Source: an uncultured Bacteroidales bacterium (GTDB taxonomy: Bacteria; Bacteroidota; Bacteroidia; Bacteroidales; WCHB1-69). From it: a stretch of DNA of 64,000 bases. The notes under the pieces were generated by a model, which was not told where the DNA came from, searched no databases, and worked only from the letters and a program-made list of their open reading frames with translations. Of this stretch, positions 17,990-26,775 are shown piece after piece. Both the position numbers and the translations under genes were made by a program. The stretch's first letter is position 1. Each line of letters starts with the position of its first letter. Location of the stretch: NCBI GenBank assembly GCA_905233745.1, contig CAJODA010000002.1:1916-65915 (forward strand). Direction: 5' to 3'.

Positions 17990-20074
17990 ATGAAAAATTA
18001 TTTCGTCCTAATAATCCTATCCGTTATGTTATTGAGCAGTTGTGAGAAGAAAAACAACGAAGCTGTTGTCTCCAAGGAGAACCGGGAGACGCCAGACTAT
18101 TCCAAAGGTGTGTTTGACGAGAAGATTATGTGGTACCTGGGACGTCTTTCCGATGTTCAGGTTTCACCCGACGGCAAAACAGTTCTCTATAGTGTAAAAT
18201 ATTACGATTACCGCACCAACAGTGGGAATGCCGAACTTTACACCATGCCTGTTGAAGGCGGGAATCCCACCCGGATCACCACCACACCCAACGACGAGAT
18301 GCAGGCAATTTGGCGCCCAGACGGTAAGAAAATCGCATACTTATACACCAACGACAAAGGCACGCAGGTTTGGGAATGCAACCCCGACGGCAGCAAAGCC
18401 CGGCAACTCACCCACACCGACGGCGATATCAACTGTTTCAGTTACGCACCTGACATGAAGCATGTCTGCTATTCGCAAAACGTGCGCATCGATCCAACCA
18501 TTGAACAACGCTACCCCGACCTCCCCAAAGCCAACGCCCAAATCTATGATGACTTGATGTACAGACATTGGAACTATTGGGCAGACGGCACCTATAGCCA
18601 CCTTTTCATCGCCGACTACCCTAAATGCGACAACCCCATCGACCTTTTGGACGGTCAGAAGTTCCACTGCCCCAATCCTCCCTTCGGCGGCATGGAGGAA
18701 CTCGCCTGGAGCCCCGATGGCAAAAGCCTAGCCTACTGCTGCAAGAAACTTTCCGGCAAAGCTTTCGCCGAAAGCACCAACACCAACATCTATTTGTACG
18801 ACCTCAACACGAAAAAAACCATCAATCTTTCGGAAGAGAACAAGGGGTACGACATGGACCCTGTCTTCTCTCCAGACGGCAAAAAACTGGTATGGTGGAG
18901 CATGGAAACCGACGGTTTCGAATCCGACAAACACCGCTTGGTCATCTATGATTTTGAGAAAAAGATGATGGAAGATTACAGCAAGGATTTCGACCAGGAT
19001 GCCTCTACATTCTCATGGAGTAATGATGGGAAAAAGGTCTATTTCAACAGTTACGTGCAGGGTACCTGCCAGATATTCGCCCTGGACCTCGCGTCACGCC
19101 AGTTCGAGCAAATCACAGACGGGGATTACGATTACAACACGCTGCAAGTGTGCGGCAACCAAATCATTGCCACCCGCACTTCCCACGCCTCCCCCTCCGA
19201 TATCTATTCCATCAATCTGAAAAACAAGGCTGTCAAGCAGCTTAGTTTCATCAACAAAGATGTATTGGACAAGATCACTTTGGGCAAAACTATCAAAAAG
19301 TGGGTGAAAACCACCGACGGCAAGGAGATGCTGGTCTGGGTAATTCTCCCGCCAAATTTTGATTCCACCAAGACTTACCCCACCTTGCTCTATTGTCAAG
19401 GTGGTCCCCAATCTGCTGTGAGCCAGTTCTTCTCCTATCGGTGGAATTTCCAAATGATGGCCGCTCATGACTACATCATTGTCGCACCCAACCGAAGGGG
19501 ACTGCCCGGATTTGGCCAGGAATGGAACGATGAAATCAGCGGTGACTTTGGTGGCCAATGCATGAAAGATTATTTATCAGCCATTGATGCACTTGCCAAA
19601 GAGCCCTACGTGGACGAAAACCGACTCGGGTGCGTCGGCGCCAGTTTCGGTGGTTTCTCCGTCTATTGGCTCGCCGGTCATCATGACAAACGCTTCAAGG
19701 CCTTCATTGCCCATTGCGGCATGTTCAACTTCGAAAGCTGGTACAACACCACCGAGGAGCTATTCTTCGCTAATCATGACATTGAAGGCCCCTTCTGGAA
19801 CACACCCACACCAAAGAGCTACGATTTCTCCCCTCATAAATTCATCGGCAATTGGGATACGCCCATTCTCGTAATCCATGGAGGTAAAGATTTCCGTATC
19901 CCTTACACCGAAGGAATGCAGGCTTTTGACGCAGCTCAAATCAAAGGTGTTCCCAGCCGGTTCCTCTTCTTCCCCGACGAATGCCACTTTGTATCCAAAC
20001 CTCAAAACGCCATGCTTTGGCAACGTGAATTTTTCCGTTGGCTCGATCATTGGCTGAAGGATGAGACAAAATAA
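17990..20074 (+). CDS. S9 family serine peptidase (prolyl oligopeptidase / dipeptidyl-peptidase type)
   Basis: Start reset to MKNYFVLIILSVMLLSSC. An N-terminal beta-propeller-like region (repeated SPDGK) is followed by a C-terminal hydrolase domain with the nucleophile motif GASFGG and later D and H residues. Confidence 0.85.
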   Translation: MKNYFVLIILSVMLLSSCEKKNNEAVVSKENRETPDYSKGVFDEKIMWYLGRLSDVQVSPDGKTVLYSVKYYDYRTNSGNAELYTMPVEGGNPTRITTTPNDEMQAIWRPDGKKIAYLYTNDKGTQVWECNPDGSKARQLTHTDGDINCFSYAPDMKHVCYSQNVRIDPTIEQRYPDLPKANAQIYDDLMYRHWNYWADGTYSHLFIADYPKCDNPIDLLDGQKFHCPNPPFGGMEELAWSPDGKSLAYCCKKLSGKAFAESTNTNIYLYDLNTKKTINLSEENKGYDMDPVFSPDGKKLVWWSMETDGFESDKHRLVIYDFEKKMMEDYSKDFDQDASTFSWSNDGKKVYFNSYVQGTCQIFALDLASRQFEQITDGDYDYNTLQVCGNQIIATRTSHASPSDIYSINLKNKAVKQLSFINKDVLDKITLGKTIKKWVKTTDGKEMLVWVILPPNFDSTKTYPTLLYCQGGPQSAVSQFFSYRWNFQMMAAHDYIIVAPNRRGLPGFGQEWNDEISGDFGGQCMKDYLSAIDALAKEPYVDENRLGCVGASFGGFSVYWLAGHHDKRFKAFIAHCGMFNFESWYNTTEELFFANHDIEGPFWNTPTPKSYDFSPHKFIGNWDTPILVIHGGKDFRIPYTEGMQAFDAAQIKGVPSRFLFFPDECHFVSKPQNAMLWQREFFRWLDHWLKDETK

Positions 20075-20083
20075 CTACAGAAA

Positions 20084-21214
20084 ATGTCATTGAAAAGCAA
20101 TTGGAAACGGCTTGGTGAACGGTTTTGCGACCTCACAGGATGGAAAATCATCGACTCCTACATCCTAAGGAAATTCCTGGGATCGGTGGTCTACTCCATT
20201 CTTCTGCTGATGACCATCATCATCGTATTTGACCTCTCCGAGAATATCCAGCGCTTTATGAGCAAGAACATCCCGGTCAATGAAATCATTACCGGATACT
20301 ACCTCAACTTCATCCCCTACTTCATTAACCTTTTCATCCCGCTGTTCACATTCATCAGTGTGATTTGGTTCACCTCGAAACTTTCGTCCAACAACGAGAT
20401 TATTTCGATTTTAGGCAATGGGGTAAGCTTTTACCGCTTTCTGGTTCCCTATTTTGTCGGGGCTGTAATCATTATGCTGGTGTCACTCATCATGGCCAAC
20501 TTCATTGTACCGCACACCAACAACAACCTTAATGAATTCAAGTACAAGTATTTCGGCAAACAAGCTGTTTCCACCACCGATTTGCACATAAAAAACTCCG
20601 CCAACAGCTACATGTACGTCCAGCGTTGGGATCGTGAAAACAATGTCGGCTATGATTTCACTTATGAAGAATTCGATGATTCCAAAATCCGTTTGAAAAT
20701 CAAAGCTCAGATGGCATCCTACGACTTGGAAAACAACAAATGGGTGTTGCGTTCCTACCTCCGGCGCGAAATTGTTGACGGAAATGAAATTGTCACTTCC
20801 GGGAATCAGATGGATACCACTTTCAACGTGCTCCCCCGTAATTTCAGCCAAGATGTTTTCATAGCAGAAACCATGTCTTACAGCGAGTTACGCTCTTTCA
20901 TCGCCGAAGAGAAGGCCAGGGGGTCAAATCTGGTATCACATTTTCAGATAGAGCAGCATAAGCGTGTGGCCAACTCCATCGGTATATTCATCATGTCCTT
21001 TTTGGGACTGAGCGTCTCCTCACGCAAAACCCAGCGCGGGGTGGGCGTGCATGTATTCATCGGAATGGGTCTGGCCTTCACCTTCATTTTCCTGCAACAA
21101 GTGTCCACGGTGTTCTCTGTTTCCGGCGGACTGCCACCCGTGCTCGGAACTTGGATTCCAAATATCATCTTTTTGTTTATCACCGTTTTGTCGTTAAAAA
21201 TGGCGCAGAAATAA
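20084..21214 (+). CDS. LptF/LptG family LPS export permease
   Basis: YjgP/YjgQ pattern: IDSYILRKFLGSVVYSILLL, six TM segments, and a large periplasmic beta-jellyroll-like loop. Confidence 0.8.
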   Translation: MSLKSNWKRLGERFCDLTGWKIIDSYILRKFLGSVVYSILLLMTIIIVFDLSENIQRFMSKNIPVNEIITGYYLNFIPYFINLFIPLFTFISVIWFTSKLSSNNEIISILGNGVSFYRFLVPYFVGAVIIMLVSLIMANFIVPHTNNNLNEFKYKYFGKQAVSTTDLHIKNSANSYMYVQRWDRENNVGYDFTYEEFDDSKIRLKIKAQMASYDLENNKWVLRSYLRREIVDGNEIVTSGNQMDTTFNVLPRNFSQDVFIAETMSYSELRSFIAEEKARGSNLVSHFQIEQHKRVANSIGIFIMSFLGLSVSSRKTQRGVGVHVFIGMGLAFTFIFLQQVSTVFSVSGGLPPVLGTWIPNIIFLFITVLSLKMAQK

Positions 21215-21217
21215 AGT

Positions 21218-22117
21218 ATGCACAACTTGAGAAGCTACGTATTGCCTGCTGCCATTTTTTTTGGTTTGTTGTTACACCGCTGGTGCGGCATACTCGCCTT
21301 CTTGTCCCCTTACCTCATCTTCGCCATCTTGTTCCTGAACTTCGTGGCAGTAGATATGCACAAATTGAAAACAACCAAACTCAGCCTTTGGCTCCTTTTG
21401 TTTCAAACTGTTGTCAGTATCGGATGCTATTATCTCACATTCAAAGTGTTTCACAACGAACTGGTGGCGCAGGGGCTGCTCATCGGCATCTTGTGCCCCG
21501 TGGCCTCCTCCGTGGTGGTCATTTCCTGTCTGCTGGGCGCCGACCGTGAAACCGTCACCGAATATACCATCCTGTGCAACCTGATGGTCTCCATTGTGGC
21601 TCCATTCTATTTCACCTTCATCGGTGTGCACCAAGACCTCTCCTTCTGGAGCTCTTTCCTGTTGATATTAAGAAGAATAGGACCTACCATTGCACTGCCA
21701 TTCTTCGTGGCTCTACTGTTACAGTTGGTCTGGAAAAACGGCAATGATTTCTTAGCACGTTACAAAAACAGCACCTTTTATATCTGGGCGTTCCTGCTGT
21801 TTCTAACCTTGGGTCAAACCATTGACTATATCTTCATCCACGGTAAGGGCAATGGCCTAAACATCCTGCTGCTAGGTATAACTTCCGTGATGGCATGTGT
21901 GGTAAACTTTGCCGTCGGCAAATGGATTGGCCGGAAGTATAACGACTCCATTGCCGGCGGGCAGATGCTAGGGCAAAAAAACACGGCTATGGCCATCTGG
22001 ATGGCCAACACCTACCTCAACCCGCTGGCTTCGGTGTTCCTGGCATTCTATGCTGTCTGGCAGAACTTGTTCAACAGTTGGCAGATCTGGCAGCACGACA
22101 AGGCCGGCGGAAAATAA
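21218..22117 (+). CDS. Polytopic membrane protein, putative transporter (bile acid:Na+ symporter-like)
   Basis: 299 aa and strongly hydrophobic, with about 9-10 predicted helices. The family assignment is tentative. Confidence 0.45.
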   Translation: MHNLRSYVLPAAIFFGLLLHRWCGILAFLSPYLIFAILFLNFVAVDMHKLKTTKLSLWLLLFQTVVSIGCYYLTFKVFHNELVAQGLLIGILCPVASSVVVISCLLGADRETVTEYTILCNLMVSIVAPFYFTFIGVHQDLSFWSSFLLILRRIGPTIALPFFVALLLQLVWKNGNDFLARYKNSTFYIWAFLLFLTLGQTIDYIFIHGKGNGLNILLLGITSVMACVVNFAVGKWIGRKYNDSIAGGQMLGQKNTAMAIWMANTYLNPLASVFLAFYAVWQNLFNSWQIWQHDKAGGK

Positions 22118-22126
22118 AAACAAACA

Positions 22127-23107
22127 ATGAAACTCTGGAAAACATATCATCAGGATATCCCTGTTTTCATGCAGAAAATGGCTGAAACTCCAGCCATGAA
22201 AAGATTGCAGGATATAGGAATGAACTGCGGCTGTGAATACACCTCGTTCCCGCTGTTCATAAACATGGGTAGCTATTCCCGCTACGACCATAGCATCGGT
22301 TGCGGGCTGATTGTATGGCACTTCACACACGACCTCCGACAGACTGTGGCAGCGTTGCTGCACGATATAGCCTCTCCTGCATTCGCCCATGTGATCGATT
22401 TCCTGAACGGGGACCACGAACAGCAGGAATCCACTGAAGACGCCACCGAGACGGTTATCGCCACCTCACCCGAACTGATGGCTGAGTTGAAGGAACTCGG
22501 TCTCAAACTGGAAGAAGTGTCCGACTATCATCGTTATCCCATCGCTGACAACGACACACCACAATTGTCGGCCGACAGACTGGAGTACACTTTGGGCAAC
22601 ATTGTTAACTATGGCATCGCCCCAATTGAAGAAATGGAACGCTGGTATGGCAATTTGACAGTGGGGCGCAACGAAATGGGATCTCCGGAGCTGATGTTCA
22701 CCGATTCAGACACTGCCTTGGCCTTTGGCAAAGCCGCCCTGAAAACTTCCCGTATTTACGTTTGCAATGAGGACCGCTATGCCATGCAGACATTGGCCGA
22801 ATTGCTGAAAACCCATATCGAAAGGGGCATCCTCAACATTTCCGACCTCTATCGTACAGAGACTGAAGTCATCACATTGCTGGAAGGGGATGCAGCCGCC
22901 AAAAGAGACTGGAATCGTTTCAGGGCATTGCACCGGATGTTGGACAACGGGCCTGAAAGTGAAGGTAAGTTCATTTCCGCAAAAAAACGCCGTATAAACC
23001 CCTTTGTGCTCGAAAAGGGTCGGCTCACCGACCTTTCGGCGGATTTTTCACACGACATGGAACAATTCATGGCCACATCATTTGGCACCCCCTTATGGGG
23101 TAGGTAA
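22127..23107 (+). CDS. HD domain-containing phosphohydrolase
   Basis: YDHSIGCG...AALLHDIASPAFAH supplies the H...HD...D metal-ligand pattern. Confidence 0.7.
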   Translation: MKLWKTYHQDIPVFMQKMAETPAMKRLQDIGMNCGCEYTSFPLFINMGSYSRYDHSIGCGLIVWHFTHDLRQTVAALLHDIASPAFAHVIDFLNGDHEQQESTEDATETVIATSPELMAELKELGLKLEEVSDYHRYPIADNDTPQLSADRLEYTLGNIVNYGIAPIEEMERWYGNLTVGRNEMGSPELMFTDSDTALAFGKAALKTSRIYVCNEDRYAMQTLAELLKTHIERGILNISDLYRTETEVITLLEGDAAAKRDWNRFRALHRMLDNGPESEGKFISAKKRRINPFVLEKGRLTDLSADFSHDMEQFMATSFGTPLWGR

Positions 23108-23163
23108 TTATTACGCACCGTTCAGCGTGTACCCTTCACCTTTCCACTCATTGAAAAAAAAAT

Positions 23164-23171
23164 TATTTTTG
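23164..23171 (+). promoter_or_regulatory. -7 promoter box TATTTTTG
   Basis: Matches TAnnTTTG, 19 nt upstream of the ATG at 23191. Confidence 0.55.
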
Positions 23172-23190
23172 CGGCTCAAAAACTGACAGC

Positions 23191-23739
23191 ATGAAAATCA
23201 TCGGCATAACAGGCACCTTGGGTGCAGGGAAAGGCACTATTGTGGACTATCTCATCAACCATTACGGCTACAAGCATTACTCTGTACGCGGCTATCTGAT
23301 TGAAGAGGCCAAGAGGAGAGGGATGGAAATCAACCGGGACACTTTCGTATTGGTGGCGAACGACCTTCGCGCCAAGCACTCGCCCTCCTATATTGTGGAC
23401 GAACTCTACAAGCAGGCGGAAACCGCAGGCGGAAATGCCATTATTGAAAGTGTGCGCACGCCCGGCGAGGTGGAGTCGCTGCGCAAAAACGAGCACTTCC
23501 TGCTCTTTGCCGTGGATGCCGACCCGAAAGTCCGCTACGAACGCATTGTGAGCCGGGCTTCTGAAACCGACCATGTGTCGTTTGAGACGTTCATCGAAAA
23601 CGAGCAGCGTGAGATGTCTTCCACCGACCCCAACCACCAAAATGTGGGCAGATGCATGCAAATGGCTGACTTCGTCTTTAATAATGACGGCAATTTTGAC
23701 TCATTGTACCAACAAGTGGAAAAAGCGCTTAACCAATAG
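23191..23739 (+). CDS. P-loop nucleotide/nucleoside kinase-like protein
   Basis: 182 aa with the Walker A motif IGITGTLGAGKGT at the N-terminus. Size and layout fit an NMP / dephospho-CoA kinase fold. Confidence 0.6.
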   Translation: MKIIGITGTLGAGKGTIVDYLINHYGYKHYSVRGYLIEEAKRRGMEINRDTFVLVANDLRAKHSPSYIVDELYKQAETAGGNAIIESVRTPGEVESLRKNEHFLLFAVDADPKVRYERIVSRASETDHVSFETFIENEQREMSSTDPNHQNVGRCMQMADFVFNNDGNFDSLYQQVEKALNQ

Positions 23740-23816
23740 CCATACCTGCCTATTTTATTCAAAATCTTTTGTTTATAATTTTTTCACAATGCAGTAAAAA
23801 AAGCATTATTCATTGC

Positions 23817-23824
23817 TATTTTTG
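23817..23824 (+). promoter_or_regulatory. -7 promoter box TATTTTTG
   Basis: Matches TAnnTTTG, 21 nt upstream of the ATG at 23846. Confidence 0.55.
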
Positions 23825-23845
23825 CCTGTTTGAATAATTGCCACA

Positions 23846-24832
23846 ATGAAAAAGAATTTCTTAATCTTATTTTGCATCTGCTTGACCTTATTATCAAGCA
23901 GTTGTGTCACCAAACAGAAATACAGCGAGTTGCAAAACGATTATAAAAAATGTCAGGAGGACCTGACATTCGCCAACTCAGAAAATGTGAACTACTCCAA
24001 TGCCCAAAAGCAGCTCACCACTGAAGTGGAAAGGCTTACCAAAGAGAGCGACCAATTGGCAAAAGACACCCTGACGCTCTCCCGGAGGCTTCGTCAATCG
24101 GAGCGCGATCTGGCCAAGGCAACGAAGGATTACGATGATTTGCTGAAGGATTTCACCCGCCTTAACGTCCACAACCAAAACCAGATGAATGACCTTTTGG
24201 ACAACATTGACAAATACCGTGACCAACTTGACGCTAAAGAAAAACAGCTTAATGCACAGCAAGACTCTTTGGACATAGCCAAAGCCGAACTTGTTAACAA
24301 GGAGGCCCGTATTGAGGAGATGCAGAAAATCCTCAACGACAAAGACGAGGAAGTGAAGTCGTTGAAAGAGAAGGTCAGCAATGCCCTCAAGGGATTTGAA
24401 GACAGCGGACTGAACGTATATGAGAAAGATGGCAAAGTCTATGTCTCCATGGAAGACAAACTGCTGTTTGCCTCTGGCAGTTGGGAAATCAATGCCCAGG
24501 GAATCAACGCCATCAAGAAACTGGCCAAAGTGCTGGAGAGCGAGAAAGAGATTTCCGTGCTCATTGAAGGACACACGGACAACAAGCCGTTCAACGGCAA
24601 CGGGCAAGTGAAAGACAACTGGGACTTGAGTGTGATGCGTGCCACCGCTGTCGTGAAAGCGCTTTTGCGCAACGGTGATATTGAGCCTGTGCGGCTCTCC
24701 GCCTCCGGACGAAGCGAGTATCTGCCCATTGACAAAAGCGACACACCTGAGGGTCTCGCCAAAAACCGACGCACCGAAATCATCCTCTCCCCCAACTTGG
24801 ACCAGCTGTTCCAACTCATCCAGAACAACTAA
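23846..24832 (+). CDS. OmpA-family lipoprotein with a long coiled-coil N-terminal region
   Basis: Lipoprotein signal ...LTLLSSSC and a heptad-rich charged region. The C-terminal OmpA domain has GHTD, LS..RA..V and NRRTEIILSP. Confidence 0.85.
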   Translation: MKKNFLILFCICLTLLSSSCVTKQKYSELQNDYKKCQEDLTFANSENVNYSNAQKQLTTEVERLTKESDQLAKDTLTLSRRLRQSERDLAKATKDYDDLLKDFTRLNVHNQNQMNDLLDNIDKYRDQLDAKEKQLNAQQDSLDIAKAELVNKEARIEEMQKILNDKDEEVKSLKEKVSNALKGFEDSGLNVYEKDGKVYVSMEDKLLFASGSWEINAQGINAIKKLAKVLESEKEISVLIEGHTDNKPFNGNGQVKDNWDLSVMRATAVVKALLRNGDIEPVRLSASGRSEYLPIDKSDTPEGLAKNRRTEIILSPNLDQLFQLIQNN

Positions 24833-24838
24833 AGCACT

Positions 24839-25828
24839 ATGTTCGCCGACACCCTGCTCGCCTGGTACGAGGAGAACCGGCGCTCGCTACCCTGGCGTGG
24901 CGAGAGCGACCCCTATAAAATATGGGTTTCCGAGATCATCCTGCAGCAAACCCGCGTACAGCAGGGATGGGATTACTATTTACGATTCATCGGCACATTC
25001 CCAACAGTGGAGGCGCTGGCTGGTGCGCCGGAGGAACAGGTGTTGCGCGTTTGGCAGGGACTCGGCTACTACTCACGCGCCCGCAACATGCACGCCGCCG
25101 CCCAGCAGATCATGAAGACGCACGGTGGCACCTTTCCAAACCGCTATGAGGAAATCCGCTCCCTGAAGGGCGTTGGCGACTATACCGCAGCTGCCATATC
25201 CTCCATCGCCTTCCATCTCCCTTACCCCGCAGTGGATGGCAACGTGCTCCGCATTTGCAGCCGTATCTTCGGCATTTGCGATGACATCGCTCTGCCCACC
25301 ACCCGCAAAACTGTCACCAACATCTGCCTGAAACACATTCCCGCCCGGAATCCCGGTGATTTCAATCAGGCCTGCATGGAGTTCGGGGCCGTTTGGTGCA
25401 CTCCAAAAAATCCCAAATGTGAGGAGTGCCCGTTTGCCGGCCAATGCTATGCGCTGAAACATGACATGGTGGAGACATTGCCTATCAAAAGCAACAAGAT
25501 TACCAAGCGTAAGCGCTATTTCCATTTCAATTTCTACGTATATAATAATAGTACAATCATAGAAAAGAGAACCGGCAACGACATCTGGCGCAATCTCTAT
25601 CAATTCCCTATGCAGGAATCCCTAAAGCCGTCACATATTGGCGATTCTGCAAAAATCATGGAATTGAAGGAGATCCTCACCCACCAGGTTATCCACGGTT
25701 TTTTCTATCTGAAAAAACTGGAAAAGAAACCGGAATTGGCAGGAAACCAGCTTCTGGTGCCGCTGGACCAGTTACACAATTATCCCATGCCCAAAATCAT
25801 GACGCAATTTTTTGACAAAATGTCCTGA
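24839..25828 (+). CDS. mutY: A/G-specific adenine DNA glycosylase
   Basis: Contains LPWR...DPYKIWVSEIILQQTRV, the HhH-GPD motif LKGVGDYTAAAI, the Fe-S loop CTPKNPKCEECPFAGQC, and a NUDIX-like C-terminal domain. Confidence 0.9.
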   Translation: MFADTLLAWYEENRRSLPWRGESDPYKIWVSEIILQQTRVQQGWDYYLRFIGTFPTVEALAGAPEEQVLRVWQGLGYYSRARNMHAAAQQIMKTHGGTFPNRYEEIRSLKGVGDYTAAAISSIAFHLPYPAVDGNVLRICSRIFGICDDIALPTTRKTVTNICLKHIPARNPGDFNQACMEFGAVWCTPKNPKCEECPFAGQCYALKHDMVETLPIKSNKITKRKRYFHFNFYVYNNSTIIEKRTGNDIWRNLYQFPMQESLKPSHIGDSAKIMELKEILTHQVIHGFFYLKKLEKKPELAGNQLLVPLDQLHNYPMPKIMTQFFDKMS

Positions 25829-25910
25829 AAGGACATTGTCTCCATAACCCCATACAAGCGAAGCGCAGTGTGGGATATGATAATATCAGCAGCAACACAT
25901 AATAAAGAAT

Positions 25911-26345
25911 ATGACCGAAGACGAAAAATTCATGAGAATGGCCTTGAACGAGGCCGTTGACGCCTGCGAGGCCGATGAAGTGCCCGTAGGTGCCGTTGTA
26001 GTGCTCAACGGCCGAGTCATTGCACGCGGGCACAACTTGACTGAGACCTTGAAAGACGTGACTGCCCATGCGGAGATGATGGCCATAACGGCCGCCGCCA
26101 ACGGGCTTGGTGCAAAATATCTGAAAAACTGCACCCTGTATGTGACCCTCGAACCCTGCATCATGTGCATAGGAGCCATCATGCACAGCCAAATCAGCCG
26201 TCTGGTCTATGGTGCAGACGACCCGAAGAAGGGATATACCCTTTTGAACCACGACTTTCTTCCTAAAAACATCACGGTGGAGCATGGCGTTTTGGCGGAA
26301 GAATGCGCCCGTTTGTTGAAAGAATTCTTCAAAGAGAAACGATAA
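25911..26345 (+). CDS. tadA: tRNA adenosine(34) deaminase
   Basis: 144 aa with EVPVGAVVV, HAEMMAI and TLEPCIMCIGAI zinc-ligand motifs. Confidence 0.9.
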   Translation: MTEDEKFMRMALNEAVDACEADEVPVGAVVVLNGRVIARGHNLTETLKDVTAHAEMMAITAAANGLGAKYLKNCTLYVTLEPCIMCIGAIMHSQISRLVYGADDPKKGYTLLNHDFLPKNITVEHGVLAEECARLLKEFFKEKR

Positions 26346-26346
26346 C

Positions 26347-26380
26347 AAAAAAAAAATCCGCCGCAGTTGCGGTGGATTTT
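26347..26380. terminator. Bidirectional rho-independent terminator between tadA and tRNA-Arg
   Basis: A 9-bp GC-rich stem (atccgccgc / gcggtggat) with loop agtt, flanked by an A-run on the left and a T-run on the right. Confidence 0.8.
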
Positions 26381-26385
26381 CTCTG

Positions 26386-26459
26386 TGACCCCTGCAGGAT
26401 TCAAACCTGCAACCTTTTGATCCGTAGTCAAATACTCTATTCAGTTGAGCTAAGGGGCC
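26386..26459 (-). tRNA. tRNA-Arg (anticodon ACG)
   Basis: The minus-strand sequence GGCCCCTTAGCTCAACTGAATAGAGTATTTGACTACGGATCAAAAGGTTGCAGGTTTGAATCCTGCAGGGGTCA folds as a 74-nt cloverleaf with a 7-bp acceptor stem, anticodon loop CTACGGA and a T arm GCAGG/CCTGC. CCA is not encoded. Confidence 0.9.
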
Positions 26460-26479
26460 ATTGTCCTTTTTTGACGCCG

Positions 26480-26487
26480 CAAAAGTA
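26480..26487 (-). promoter_or_regulatory. -7 promoter box (TACTTTTG on the minus strand) for tRNA-Arg
   Basis: The reverse complement of caaaagta matches TAnnTTTG, 20 nt upstream of the tRNA 5' end. Confidence 0.6.
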
Positions 26488-26561
26488 CATTTTTTTTTAT
26501 ACCCTCCAACAAAAAAATTCAAAAAAAAATTACATACAAACCAAGCATAATGAAAAAAGTG

Positions 26562-26569
26562 TATTTTTG
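26562..26569 (+). promoter_or_regulatory. -7 promoter box TATTTTTG for tRNA-Gln
   Basis: Matches TAnnTTTG, 23 nt upstream of the tRNA 5' end. The core GTGTATNTTTGC is shared with the tRNA-Cys promoter. Confidence 0.6.
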
Positions 26570-26592
26570 CAGCCTCAAACAACTCAAGGCAT

Positions 26593-26663
26593 TGAGCTAT
26601 GGTGTAACGGTAGCACTACAGATTTTGGTTCTGCCTGTGTAGGTTCGAATCCTGCTAGCTCAA
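26593..26663 (+). tRNA. tRNA-Gln (anticodon TTG)
   Basis: A 71-nt cloverleaf with acceptor TGAGCTA/TAGCTCA (the U1:A72 pair typical of bacterial tRNA-Gln), D stem GTGT/GCAC, anticodon loop TTTTGGT and T arm GTAGG-TTCGAAT-CCTGC. Confidence 0.85.
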
Positions 26664-26671
26664 CAAGGAAA

Positions 26672-26700
26672 ACTCTCACCCGCCTGGTGGGAGTTTTTTT
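26672..26700 (+). terminator. Rho-independent terminator after tRNA-Gln
   Basis: A 9-bp stem (actctcacc / ggtgggagt, with one G:U pair) and loop cgcct, followed by a T7 run. Confidence 0.8.
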
Positions 26701-26775
26701 ATAAATTCTTGACAAAAAACATCATAATTGATAATATTAATAGTAAAAAAATAAAAAGTAAAATTGAACAAAACG

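Noticed and set aside
25797-26704. ORFs of 261 aa (minus strand) and 133 aa (plus strand) covering the tadA end and the tRNA region.
   Set aside because: They read through two tRNA genes, two terminator hairpins and A/T homopolymer runs. tadA and the tRNAs explain the sequence.
26709-26737. A sigma-70-like TTGACA-N17-TAATAT upstream of nusA.
   Set aside because: The primary sigma factor of Bacteroidota recognises TTTG/TAnnTTTG rather than the -35/-10 consensus. The -10 part matches only 4 of 6 positions, and the region is very AT-rich. This is most likely a chance match.
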